From: a bacterium
Lineage (GTDB): Bacteria > Hinthialibacterota > Hinthialibacteria > Hinthialibacterales > Hinthialibacteraceae
Direction: 5' to 3'
DNA: 64,000 nucleotides
Assembly: GCA_963662285.2 (NCBI GenBank)
Contig: CAXXMV010000008.1
Location: forward strand, 1,578,992 to 1,642,991
Part shown: piece after piece, positions 1 through 10,007 of the stretch
How positions within the stretch are numbered: position 1 is the first letter of the stretch
How the letters are laid out: each line of letters begins with the position of its first letter
Position numbers and translations under genes: made by a program
The notes under the pieces: generated by a model
What the model saw: the letters and a program-made list of their open reading frames with translations, nothing else
Databases searched by the model: none
What the model was told of the DNA's origin: nothing

Positions 1-2
1 CT

Positions 3-1208
3 TTGAGAGTAGGCAAAACAACAACCCCCTGGTCGGTTGTGGTTCATATCCCAGAGGATATTATTACCGCCCAAGCCACAGCCATGATGTGGAAACAATT
101 GGGTTTATGCATTGTCTTTCTTGGCGGTTCCTTGATTTTATTGTGGTTTATCGCGAAAAACATTGCAACACCAATAAAGAAAGCCGCACATTTTGCCCAG
201 GTTGTCGCCAATGGAGATTTGACTCAACAGATTCACATTGATCAAGAAGACGAAGTGGGTCAGTTAGCAAAAGCATTGAATACGATGAGCCAGAATTTGA
301 GCCATATCATGTCGGGTATTCAATTGGCGGCCGAACAAGTCGCCGCCAGTTCAGAACAACTATCGGCTTCGTCGCAAAGTCTGTCGCAAGCGGCCACTGA
401 ACAAGCCAGCAACCTGGAAGAGACCTCAGCTTCCATTGAGGAACTGACCGCCTCGGTCGAACAGAATGCCAGCAATGCCGCTCAAGCAGATGGCGTGACG
501 CGAACAGCAGCCAAAGAGGCCAATGAAGGTGGAAATGCTGTAACTGAAACAGTCGAAGCGATGAAGCAAATCGCTACTCAAATTTCAATCATCGACGATA
601 TCTCCGATCAAACCAACCTACTGGCATTAAACGCTGCCATTGAAGCGGCGCGCGCTGGTGAAATGGGTAAAGGCTTTGCCGTAGTGGCCGTTGAAGTTCG
701 TAAATTAGCGGAACGAAGCCAGGAAGCTTCCAAAGAGATCAGTGAACTGGCTAAAAATAGCGTGATTCAGGCCGAAAACGCTGGTAAATTGATTCAAAAA
801 GTTGTTCCTGCCATTCAAAACGCATCGGAATTGGTTCAGGAAATCTCATCCAGTTCCACCGAACAGTCGCATGGCGCCGAACAAATCCGTGCAGCTATTA
901 CCCAACTTGATCAGGTTACCCAGCAAAACTCCGCCACCAGTGAAGAATCCGCTTCAGCCAGTGAAGAACTATCTGCTCAAGCGCAATCCCTGCAGGAAAT
1001 GGTTAGCCAGTTCAAAATTAACTCATCAAATTCATCAAAACCTTCTATTAGAGGAATCAGAAAACCTACGCCAAAACCACGGGTTGCCCTACAACAACCA
1101 CAACGGTCACAACAATGGGAAAACCGCTTGCTGCCTGGTTATCAGTCGCAAAGAAATGATATTCATGCAGAATTCGATGATGATCATGAAAAATTTCGAG
1201 ATTTCTAA
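3..1208 (+). CDS. Methyl-accepting chemotaxis protein (5'-truncated by window edge)
   Basis: TM helix, HAMP domain ([19 protein letters not shown]...DEVGQLA) and MCP signalling hairpin [43 protein letters not shown]. Confidence 0.95.
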   Translation: MRVGKTTTPWSVVVHIPEDIITAQATAMMWKQLGLCIVFLGGSLILLWFIAKNIATPIKKAAHFAQVVANGDLTQQIHIDQEDEVGQLAKALNTMSQNLSHIMSGIQLAAEQVAASSEQLSASSQSLSQAATEQASNLEETSASIEELTASVEQNASNAAQADGVTRTAAKEANEGGNAVTETVEAMKQIATQISIIDDISDQTNLLALNAAIEAARAGEMGKGFAVVAVEVRKLAERSQEASKEISELAKNSVIQAENAGKLIQKVVPAIQNASELVQEISSSSTEQSHGAEQIRAAITQLDQVTQQNSATSEESASASEELSAQAQSLQEMVSQFKINSSNSSKPSIRGIRKPTPKPRVALQQPQRSQQWENRLLPGYQSQRNDIHAEFDDDHEKFRDF

Positions 1209-1245
1209 AGCGATTCACAATAAAATCTCTGCTTAGAATCATATC

Positions 1246-1291
1246 TAGCCTTCAAAAAGCCTATCTATACAGGCTTTTGAAGGCTATTTTT
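1246..1291 (+). terminator. Rho-independent terminator after MCP
   Basis: Hairpin TAGCCTTCAAAAAGCCT...AGGCTTTTGAAGGCTA followed by TTTTT. Confidence 0.8.
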
Positions 1292-1385
1292 GTAAGATAA
1301 TCTTTCTCATACAAGTTCATGCATATTGAAAGCGCTATAATGAGGAATAAACTGATAGACAAGTATACCTAAGGAGCCTAGCGCA

Positions 1386-2375
1386 ATGAATTCAACAGAC
1401 AATATCCTCATCATCGGAGGAGCAGGTTACATCGGCAGCGTCGCGGTTGAGACACTTATTAATAGTGGATACCAGGTCATAGTATTTGATAATCTAGAAA
1501 AAGGTCACCGCGATGCGGTGCACCCATCAGCCCGGTTTATTGAAGGCGACCTGCGGGATGCAGCGGTGGTTGAATCAGTTTTTAGTTCTAACCAAATTCA
1601 AGCGGTAATGCATTTCGGCGCCTACAGTCTAGTGGGCGAATCGATGATTGATCCGGACAAATATTTTTCAAATAACGTGGTTGGCGGCCATATTCTACTG
1701 AATGCAATGCGCGATCATGAAGTGGGACGTATTGTATTCTCCTCTACCGCCGCCACTTATGGCCAACCCAAAGAGTCTCCCATTAAAGAAGAGAGCCGCA
1801 CCGAACCGATCAATCCTTATGGACGCTCTAAACTGGCTTTTGAATTTATGCTTAAGAGTTATGAAGAAGCCTATGGCATCAAACACGCCGTGCTGCGTTA
1901 TTTCAACGCCGCCGGGGCCAGTGAAGCGTTTGGCGAAGATCATGATCCCGAAACCCATATCATCCCTCTGACTCTGCAAGTGGCTTTAGGCCAAAGAGAG
2001 CATATCGGCATCTTCGGGACGGATTTTGACACCCCCGACGGTTCCTGCGTACGCGACTATATTCATATCCGCGACCTGGCCGAAGCTCACCGCCTGGCTT
2101 TGGAATATATCAGAGATCAATCCATAACCTGCAATCTGGGCAACGGGCTGGGCTTCTCGGTTCGTGAAGTTATAGAAACCTGCCGCGAAGTCTCCGGCCA
2201 TCCCATTCCCGCCGTAGAGACGGATAGACGACCCGGCGATCCGGCGCATTTGACCGCATCAGCGGATAGAGCGCGAAAGAATCTTAAATGGGAACCTCAG
2301 ATTCCTGAATTGAAAGATATCGTTGAATCAGCATGGCAGTGGCATAAAAAGCATCCTAATGGATATAAAGCTTAA
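1386..2375 (+). CDS. galE: UDP-glucose 4-epimerase
   Basis: GGAGYIGS Rossmann motif, FSSTAATYG, YGRSK catalytic YxxxK, LRYFNAAG, DGSCVRDYIH. Confidence 0.95.
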   Translation: MNSTDNILIIGGAGYIGSVAVETLINSGYQVIVFDNLEKGHRDAVHPSARFIEGDLRDAAVVESVFSSNQIQAVMHFGAYSLVGESMIDPDKYFSNNVVGGHILLNAMRDHEVGRIVFSSTAATYGQPKESPIKEESRTEPINPYGRSKLAFEFMLKSYEEAYGIKHAVLRYFNAAGASEAFGEDHDPETHIIPLTLQVALGQREHIGIFGTDFDTPDGSCVRDYIHIRDLAEAHRLALEYIRDQSITCNLGNGLGFSVREVIETCREVSGHPIPAVETDRRPGDPAHLTASADRARKNLKWEPQIPELKDIVESAWQWHKKHPNGYKA

Positions 2376-2420
2376 GTAAAACTATTCCTTAAAAGAATAC
2401 ACGCAATCAAAAGTGATATC

Positions 2421-2460
2421 ATCAAGGGCTGACCGCATTGCGGTCTTGCCCTTGGCACCC
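2421..2460. repeat. REP-like palindrome family A (ATCAAGGGC...GCCCTTGGCACCC)
   Basis: Near-identical to 53305-53344; same arms as 12566, 12757, 19491, 24563, 60397. Confidence 0.8.
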
Positions 2461-2499
2461 ATATCCTGATGGATATAAGGCGTAAGGCGAACTGACATA

Positions 2500-3552
2500 A
2501 TGACCAACTTTCAATCCAGTGAGCATCCACACCGTAGATGGAATCCATTATTAGAAGAATGGGTATTGGTTTCACCTCATCGCGCCAAGCGCCCCTGGTC
2601 GGGCAAAGTTGAAGCAGTCCAGTCTCAAAACTTGCCGGAATTTGATGAAGAGTGCTATCTTTGTCCGGGCAACACCCGTGCAGGCGGTAAACAGAATCCT
2701 GATTACCAATCGACCTTTGTGTTTGATAATGATTTCGCCGCTCTGCTGCCCGATTCTCCAGCGGCGCCGGAAATAACCAATTGCAACGGGATTATCCGCC
2801 AACAACCGGAAACCGGATTATGCCGGGTGATTTGCTTTTCTCCCAAACATAACCTGACTATGGCGCAGATGAGTCTGGCCGAAATTATCGGAGTGATTGA
2901 TGTCTGGAGCAAACAGTTCACCGAAATTGGCGCTCGTGAAGATATCTCAAGCGTGACCATTTTTGAGAATCGCGGCGATATTATGGGGTGCAGCAATCCT
3001 CATCCCCACGGCCAAATCTGGGCCAACCGATCGATACCCAATATTCAGTTACAAGAATTAAATACCCAGCAATCATATTTTATGCAACATAATTCACCCA
3101 TGTTAATAGATTATGTGGAATGGGAAATTGAGCAAAAGGTTCGCATTGTTATTGAGAACGATCATTTTGTCGCCCTGGTTCCACACTGGGCGGTGTGGCC
3201 CTTCGAGACCATGATTTTACCGCGCCGCGCCATGCAGTCGATTACTGAATTAACCAATGAGGAAAAGAACTCATGGGCTGATATCATAAAACAATTATTG
3301 ATCCGTTACGATAACTTATTCGAGATATCGTTTCCCTATTCGATGGGAATGCACCAGAAACCGACTGATGGACAGGATCATCCAGGGCTGGTTTTTCATC
3401 AACACTTTTTCCCTCCCCTATTGCGCTCGGCGACCATCAAGAAATTCCAGGTGGGCTACGAAATGTCCGGCGAGCCGCAACGCGACATCACAGCCGAACA
3501 GGCAGCGGAACGGCTGCGAGAATTACCTTCAGTGCATTACAAAAATCGATAG
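2500..3552 (+). CDS. galT: Galactose-1-phosphate uridylyltransferase
   Basis: HPHRRWNPL...WVLVSPHRAKRPW, CYLCPGN and catalytic GCSNPHPHGQIW. Confidence 0.95.
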   Translation: MTNFQSSEHPHRRWNPLLEEWVLVSPHRAKRPWSGKVEAVQSQNLPEFDEECYLCPGNTRAGGKQNPDYQSTFVFDNDFAALLPDSPAAPEITNCNGIIRQQPETGLCRVICFSPKHNLTMAQMSLAEIIGVIDVWSKQFTEIGAREDISSVTIFENRGDIMGCSNPHPHGQIWANRSIPNIQLQELNTQQSYFMQHNSPMLIDYVEWEIEQKVRIVIENDHFVALVPHWAVWPFETMILPRRAMQSITELTNEEKNSWADIIKQLLIRYDNLFEISFPYSMGMHQKPTDGQDHPGLVFHQHFFPPLLRSATIKKFQVGYEMSGEPQRDITAEQAAERLRELPSVHYKNR

Positions 3553-3603
3553 ATGAGGATGTCCAACTTCGAGTCGATGCGTCCGGCAAAGTTTACGAAA
3601 ATA

Positions 3604-3637
3604 AAGAGGGTGCAGCAAGATTATACTGCACCCTCTT
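3604..3637. terminator. Hairpin between convergent galT and glnK (probably bidirectional terminator)
   Basis: AAGAGGGTGCAG...CTGCACCCTCTT perfect 12-bp stem. Confidence 0.75.
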
Positions 3638-3668
3638 AGTACGAAAGCATCCATTACTGGAGAATGGT

Positions 3669-4037
<369 letters not shown>

Positions 4038-4082
4038 CTATCGCCATATTTACTGACTGACAGAGGTTAAGTCGCTCAATGC

Positions 4083-5471
4083 TTATCGAGCCATGACGGT
4101 GAAGTCGGAGTAAGCCGACGCGGCGTGTTCGCCAAAGTCCAAGCCTTCCATCTCTTCCTGTTCGGTGACTCTTAAACCAATTGTTTTGTCGATTACTTTG
4201 AAGAGTATGTAGCATGTACCGAATGTCCAGACGAAGCATGCGCCGATTCCGATCAACTGAGCGAATACTTGAGTTAGTCCACCGCCAAAGAATAGACCGT
4301 TGACGCCGCCGAATGATTCTTGCGCGAACAGTCCGGCCGCCAATGTTCCCCAGGCGCCGCAGACGCCATGTACTGAAACCGCGCCCACTGGATCGTCTAC
4401 GCCTATGTTTTCCCAGGCGATGACGGAGATAACAACGATGATGCCGGCGAGAAATCCAATGATGATTGATGAAATAGGACTAACGTTTGCGCAACCAGCC
4501 GTGATAGCAACCAATCCGGCCAAAGCGCCGTTTAGCGTCATGCCTGCGTCAGGCTTCCCGAATTTGATCCAGGCGGTAAGTAATGCGCCGATCGCGCCTG
4601 CTGCTGCTGCCAGGTTTGTAGTGACTGCAATAATCGCCAGGTCGCCGCCAACAGTTGTTGTACTGCCCGGATTAAATCCAAACCAACCCAACCAAAGGAT
4701 GAAAACGCCCAATGCTGCGATGGGGATGTTGTGTCCGGGAATAACTTGCGGCTTACCGCTGGATGAATACTTACCAAGACGTGGACCAAGAACAATGGCG
4801 CCAGCCAAACCAGCCCAGCCGCCAACTGAGTGAACTACTGTCGAACCGGCGAAATCGATGAATCCAACATCCAGCACGCCTTCCAACCAACCTTCGCCAG
4901 CGAACAGGCTGCCCCATGCCCAGGAACCGAATATGGGATAGATCAATGCTGAAATCACCACTGAGTAGACCAGATAGGCGTGGAATTTTGTTCTTTCCGC
5001 AACCGCGCCGGATACGATGGTCGCCGCTGTAGCGGCGAACACAACCTGGAATATCCAAAAGGCGTAGGTCCAATAGTTATGTGAACCGTCTGCATTGAAC
5101 ATATATCCTGACAGGAAGAAACCATCAGTCCCGAACCACCCGGTAGTAGTGGTTCCAAACATGATGCCAAATCCAACCATAAAGAAGATTATTGATCCTA
5201 TGCAGACATCAAGAAGATTCTTCATGATAATATTTACTGCATTCTTGGCTCGTGTAAAACCGCATTCCACCATGGCGAAACCAGCCTGCATGAAGAAGAC
5301 CAGAAATGCCGCAATACAAGTCCAGAGAATATTACCGTCATCCTGCGTGACGTATGTTGGGCCTTCCTGGGCGTCTTGAGCGAACGCCGTTACATCTAAT
5401 CCGGCTGCTAAAATTAATACTGCTAATATCAGAATACTTATGCCCTTGCGGCTTTTAATAAAGGAATACAT
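4083..5471 (-). CDS. amtB: Ammonium transporter
   Basis: FFMQAGFAMVE, DFAGSTVVH, LWLGWFGFN, DDPVGAVSVHG; N-terminal signal peptide. Confidence 0.96.
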   Translation of the reverse strand: MYSFIKSRKGISILILAVLILAAGLDVTAFAQDAQEGPTYVTQDDGNILWTCIAAFLVFFMQAGFAMVECGFTRAKNAVNIIMKNLLDVCIGSIIFFMVGFGIMFGTTTTGWFGTDGFFLSGYMFNADGSHNYWTYAFWIFQVVFAATAATIVSGAVAERTKFHAYLVYSVVISALIYPIFGSWAWGSLFAGEGWLEGVLDVGFIDFAGSTVVHSVGGWAGLAGAIVLGPRLGKYSSSGKPQVIPGHNIPIAALGVFILWLGWFGFNPGSTTTVGGDLAIIAVTTNLAAAAGAIGALLTAWIKFGKPDAGMTLNGALAGLVAITAGCANVSPISSIIIGFLAGIIVVISVIAWENIGVDDPVGAVSVHGVCGAWGTLAAGLFAQESFGGVNGLFFGGGLTQVFAQLIGIGACFVWTFGTCYILFKVIDKTIGLRVTEQEEMEGLDFGEHAASAYSDFTVMAR

Positions 5472-5615
5472 AGGTGAAACTCCTTTCGCAACTTCGGCGG
5501 AAAAATCGGTTACGGTTACTTATGCGATTGCTGGATCAAACAAGAGTGCTCTTCTAACTCCCGGGAAAGCTTAGTAGAGAGCCTTGAATTGATTTCTAAC
5601 TTTGTTTTCTTTAAG

Positions 5616-5634
5616 TGCAATCGCTATGCCAAAA
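5616..5634 (-). promoter_or_regulatory. Sigma54 (-24/-12) promoter of amtB-glnK
   Basis: Minus strand TTTTGGCATAGCGATTGCA = GG-N10-GC; expected for nitrogen genes. An NtrC-like GCAT-N7-GTGC lies at 5645-5659. Confidence 0.8.
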
Positions 5635-5830
5635 GGGATTGCACGCACAAAAACAATGCGTAACTGCAAGGAGTTTAATAGTTTGCGAATATTGATAGGT
5701 ACTGGAATTATGCAGTGTTTGAAAAATGAACTTTGTTGACTGTCTGAATAATCAGTCAAACTGTTCAGATCGAGGCAGGAAATATTGCTGTACAATTTTC
5801 GATATAAGCTATGTTGGAATTTAACAATTA

Positions 5831-6073
5831 CTACTCCCGATCACCAGTTTCATCATTGATATATTGGAATACCTCTTCAATGGAAACATTGAATATCCTG
5901 GAGATTTTGAAAGCCAGCGTAAGCGACGGCGAATAACGATCCGCTTCGATGGCGATGATGGTTTGCCGCGTAACTCCCGCCCTCTCAGCCAGCTGCTGCT
6001 GAGTCATCTCACCATTCTCAAAACGCAGCCGCCTGACCTGGTTCTGCAAGTTGTTACGCGACATGTGCTCCAC
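5831..6073 (-). CDS. XRE-family helix-turn-helix transcriptional regulator
   Basis: MTQQQLAERAGVTRQTIIAIEADRYSPSLTLAFKISRIF. Confidence 0.92.
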   Translation of the reverse strand: MEHMSRNNLQNQVRRLRFENGEMTQQQLAERAGVTRQTIIAIEADRYSPSLTLAFKISRIFNVSIEEVFQYINDETGDRE

Positions 6074-6554
6074 CCATTCTCTCTTGAATCAAACAACTGA
6101 TAACATGAACCAACTGAAATAACACCACCCACCCGACGAATATCAACGGTATAACATTGACTGAAACCGAACCGTTCGACCCCACCATTCTCCATGCCAC
6201 AAACCAAGCCGCCAGAAAATAAAACCAGCATACGCTGTGAGCCATAAAAATGGCGTTCTTGAATATAACCAGATCACGTTCATCCATCTGCACTGGCACA
6301 TTCTTAAATCTCTTCTTAAAAACAATAGGCGCAAACCACTGAAAAAAAGGAATCGACCACATAATACTGGTAGCGGCCAGCCATACCACAATCGAAAACA
6401 AAGTCTTCTCACACAATCCATCCCAATAAACCGCCGAAGCCACAACCGAACCTAAAACCAGTGCGCTGAGAATAACAATCATAGCTCCAATATAACTCTC
6501 ATATTCCTTCTTCATGATTGATGCCTCCAATACTGAATTTACTATCATTTCCAA
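6054..6554 (-). CDS. Membrane protein (DUF2178-like), partner of the XRE regulator
   Basis: Four hydrophobic segments with MDERD motif before TM3; overlaps the regulator start. Confidence 0.65.
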   Translation of the reverse strand: MEMIVNSVLEASIMKKEYESYIGAMIVILSALVLGSVVASAVYWDGLCEKTLFSIVVWLAATSIMWSIPFFQWFAPIVFKKRFKNVPVQMDERDLVIFKNAIFMAHSVCWFYFLAAWFVAWRMVGSNGSVSVNVIPLIFVGWVVLFQLVHVISCLIQERMGGAHVA

Positions 6555-6567
6555 TTCAAAATATATA

Positions 6568-6606
6568 GTAATGTATATTTTACATAATGTCTAGTATTTT
6601 TTACAT
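6568..6606 (-). promoter_or_regulatory. Tandem imperfect palindromes, probable operator of the XRE regulator
   Basis: Minus strand ATGTAAAAAATACTAGACAT then TATGTAAAATATACATTAC just upstream of the operon. Confidence 0.45.
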
Positions 6607-6845
6607 TTTATTTTGGGGGAATTGTATGAGGGATTTGGTGGTAGATTTGAAAAAAATCATGAATTTGAATGTAATTATGAGTAGGGATTAGTTTGATTGG
6701 ATAAACAAATGATAAATTCATATTTTCTGGATTTTTATTATTACTTTGCTTTTTATGTCGGATTGACGCTAAGTAAATCGCTCCACACTTCATCGAAAAG
6801 AAACTGGATCAAGACGGATTTTTCATTTATCGGTATTGCTGCAAT

Positions 6846-7475
6846 TTATTCATAACTAATTTTACACATCTTTTGAATATCATCTTTAATATTATCCATG
6901 TACATAAAAGGTAAAGAATAATATCCCAATATTCGCTTCTTACTTGAAGATGTCTTCCGTTTAAACATATGCTCATCAAACAAAAACTTATCTGTATAAG
7001 GCTCGCATACAGATAAGTCTAATATTTCAGCACTTCTTTTCATTTTTTGATCATAAGAATGCAACTCATGAGCCCCAATATCCAAAGCAGTAGCTATATG
7101 AATTGCGTCGGCAGGTTTTAGTGTTGGGATTTCTTTGTTTTTTAATGTTTTTCTTAATACATCTCTTGCTTTAATGGTAATAAATTGGTGAACATCAACT
7201 AACTTTATCGGGCTTGATAACGGATTCCAGAGACTATTGATTTTATCTAAACTTTCATCGGTTAATTTTACTTTGTCGACACTCAAGTATGCGACCTCGG
7301 TCATACTAAAGACTGAAGTATAAATCTCTATGCGTCCGTTTTCTGCCTCCTCTAATAATGTGGCAATTATTGGTGCTCTTTCAGAATAACATTCTTCTTC
7401 ATCATCAAGTAAAGAGACAAATACATTTGAATCCCAATAAAATCGAGGAATATTATTATTGCTTTTTTTAGGCAT
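6846..7475 (-). CDS. PIN-domain (VapC-like) ribonuclease
   Basis: FYWDSNVF, TSVFSMTEV, KPADAIHIATA, SYDQKM acidic PIN motifs. Confidence 0.85.
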   Translation of the reverse strand: MPKKSNNNIPRFYWDSNVFVSLLDDEEECYSERAPIIATLLEEAENGRIEIYTSVFSMTEVAYLSVDKVKLTDESLDKINSLWNPLSSPIKLVDVHQFITIKARDVLRKTLKNKEIPTLKPADAIHIATALDIGAHELHSYDQKMKRSAEILDLSVCEPYTDKFLFDEHMFKRKTSSSKKRILGYYSLPFMYMDNIKDDIQKMCKISYE

Positions 7476-8286
7476 CTCTTATTTTTCTAATGGCCCCCTC
7501 TGGAGATTTTCCTTCCAACAAGCCAGAAGCACATCCAATAGCATCCCTCCAATTACCGGCATCTTTAATTATTTCAATTTTTTTCACGTCTTTAATACTT
7601 GTAGGCAATCCACTTTCAGAGTCTCTTGTAACAAGTCCCTGCACAATAGCAATCTCTCCCCAAGAATCTCTCATTACATCCTTAAAAGAAGAATTCAAAA
7701 AACAATTAACTACGTTGTTTCTCAACAATTCAAGCATGGTAATTTTATAATTTGGGTATCTGAATATATTTTGCACACGGCCTTGTATTGCACCAAAAGA
7801 TTCCAGAGGGATAACTTTATTTTGTTGAGATTTGAGTATATCAAAATAATTCTTATCCAAAGAATGGGTTGTTTTTTCTGTACTAAAATTGATAGATTTA
7901 ATACTCCCATTAATCAAACCGGTGATACCAACGACAGGTTTTCGCAGGTCTTCCTCAATATCGTTTATTTTCCCAGTCTGCGCATTTTCCCCTATTTTTT
8001 CAAATTCATTTACAATCTGATTTATGATAAAAATATCATCTTCTGTAGAAGGTTCACCCTCAATTGTCGCAAGTGCACTACCGGCTTTTAATTCTCTTAT
8101 AATCCAATTGATAGGAGTGGCGCTTACGTATTTTTTATTCAGAGAGTGAATTAATTTTTTAAATTCCTGCATTGCTATAGAGAAATCATCAAGGCTGACC
8201 TCTCCATTCAATTCTATGGTTAATTTATTATTACTCATTTTTCCTATTTCGTGTGGCATTTCTTTACTCTTTTGCCTTCTAAACAC
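7468..8286 (-). CDS. Hypothetical protein translationally coupled to the PIN gene
   Basis: 272-aa AT-rich ORF overlapping PIN start by 8 nt; true start may be MSNNKLTIEL. Confidence 0.7.
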   Translation of the reverse strand: MFRRQKSKEMPHEIGKMSNNKLTIELNGEVSLDDFSIAMQEFKKLIHSLNKKYVSATPINWIIRELKAGSALATIEGEPSTEDDIFIINQIVNEFEKIGENAQTGKINDIEEDLRKPVVGITGLINGSIKSINFSTEKTTHSLDKNYFDILKSQQNKVIPLESFGAIQGRVQNIFRYPNYKITMLELLRNNVVNCFLNSSFKDVMRDSWGEIAIVQGLVTRDSESGLPTSIKDVKKIEIIKDAGNWRDAIGCASGLLEGKSPEGAIRKIRDA

Positions 8287-8761
8287 TTAATGGCAAATTA
8301 GGTTCGTTTAAAATCTTCTACTTTGCAAGTAATGTATTTTAAAAGTAAAAAATGCATAATATATTTACATATATCCTGTAGAAACACGCAGAAATATATC
8401 GTTAAAATCAAGTTTCTCAAATCCAACAGTGTTCATCTGCGAATCGCACCTGATATGATCTTTTCTACCATGATTTACAACATCATGTCTAGAGAATTCC
8501 CATACAATTTCCAAATAAACACTAAATTAATCTATTATAATTATAGCGTTTTTCCTAACTCAATTCCACATTATCTACTCAAGATTCTTCCATACTACGT
8601 TTAACACAGATGTATATAATGAACAGATTTGTCAAGTATTTAATTATTTTTTAAAAAATTCACTCACAGAAATAGTTCAACTTTGCTCTATGCTTCTATG
8701 CTATATATACATATTATTGTTAGTATATAATAATTCAAAATAATGATGTGGGGAGATTAAA

Positions 8762-9919
8762 ATGAGAATCAGGGGTTTATTTAGAACGTTGGTTGTTTTT
8801 TCAATATGCTTATTCGCATTCAGCGCTTGGGCGCAACATGAAGCATCGCGCTTTGCGTCTTTTCATGCCGACTGGCCGGAGACGCTGGAACTTGATATTA
8901 ATATCATCGTATCGGGTGAAGCGGGCGCCTTTACCGTGTCTGAGACTCCTCCAGTTGGATGGGAGGTCAGTAGGATTCTTTCCAGCGGTGATTATGTGGA
9001 TGGCGTTATCAGCTGGGAATCTTCTATTCGCAGAGCGGGTTTGAATAAAACACTGACATACACATTAACTCTACCCAGTCTTGATGCAGCAGTAGGCGTC
9101 TTTGAGGGATATGTCAACGATGTGAAAATCGGCGGCTTTCAAATCTTTACGCCGGGCAAAGTGAATCCCGACATTCAAACGCCGATTAAATCAGGTTTGA
9201 ATTATAACTATTTGGTCTACTTGCCCCCATCCTATGAAATACAGGATGAGCCTATGCCGCTGATGTTCTTTCTACATGGCGCCGGGGAACGCGGATCGAA
9301 TATGGAGTTAGTGAAAGTTCATGGTCCTCCCAAAATAGTGGAAAATCCATCAATGAAAAAATCACTTTTCGGCGACGCCGAGTTTCCCTTTATCCTGGTT
9401 TCTCCTCAATGTCCAGCAGGAGGATGGTGGGAGAACGAACCTCTGCTTAAAGTGGTTAATGAAGTTCTGGAAAACTATGCCGTAGACCTATCAAAAATTT
9501 ATATCACTGGCGTAAGCATGGGTGGATTCGGCAGTTGGAGTTTTGCCAGCGAACATCCTGAACTGATTGCAGCGGCGCTTCCAATTGCTGGAGGTGGAGA
9601 TGTATTTAATTGGTCAATTAAATCATACGCATCAAATGTGGATAATCTCAAAGCCGCCGACGCCAATAATCTGGTTGATATTCCGGTCTGGGCTTTTCAT
9701 GGCGATAGCGACACAGTCGTTCCGATTGAACTTGATCAGGAAATTGTCGATCAAATTACAGAATTGGGCGGCGACGTTCAGTTTAAAGTCTATCCCGGAG
9801 CGGGTCATGTTGACTCATGGACGCAAACTTATAATAATCCTGACATCTATCCCTGGTTATTATCAAAGCAAAAAGGATCGACCGATTCTTATATAAATAA
9901 TTGGTCAATGTTTAAGTAA
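8762..9919 (+). CDS. Secreted alpha/beta hydrolase (COG4099-like esterase/peptidase) with N-terminal Ig-like domain
   Basis: Signal peptide (AWA-Q), FLHGAGERG, nucleophile GVSMGG, WAFHGDSDTVVP, GAGH; C-terminal INNWSMFK tail. Confidence 0.85.
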   Translation: MRIRGLFRTLVVFSICLFAFSAWAQHEASRFASFHADWPETLELDINIIVSGEAGAFTVSETPPVGWEVSRILSSGDYVDGVISWESSIRRAGLNKTLTYTLTLPSLDAAVGVFEGYVNDVKIGGFQIFTPGKVNPDIQTPIKSGLNYNYLVYLPPSYEIQDEPMPLMFFLHGAGERGSNMELVKVHGPPKIVENPSMKKSLFGDAEFPFILVSPQCPAGGWWENEPLLKVVNEVLENYAVDLSKIYITGVSMGGFGSWSFASEHPELIAAALPIAGGGDVFNWSIKSYASNVDNLKAADANNLVDIPVWAFHGDSDTVVPIELDQEIVDQITELGGDVQFKVYPGAGHVDSWTQTYNNPDIYPWLLSKQKGSTDSYINNWSMFK

Positions 9920-9943
9920 ACGGGCTTTATGCAAGTACATTAC

Positions 9944-9979
9944 GCGGTGGGCTTGATTAGAAATTCAGCCCACCGTTTT
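9944..9979 (+). terminator. Rho-independent terminator
   Basis: CGGTGGGCT...AGCCCACCG followed by TTTT. Confidence 0.65.
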
Positions 9980-10007
9980 ATTTCTAATTCTATCGGAGGA
10001 ACATCAA

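Noticed and set aside
8323-8604. 93-aa ORF in AT-rich spacer
   Set aside because: TTG start, no RBS, no motifs; probably non-coding.
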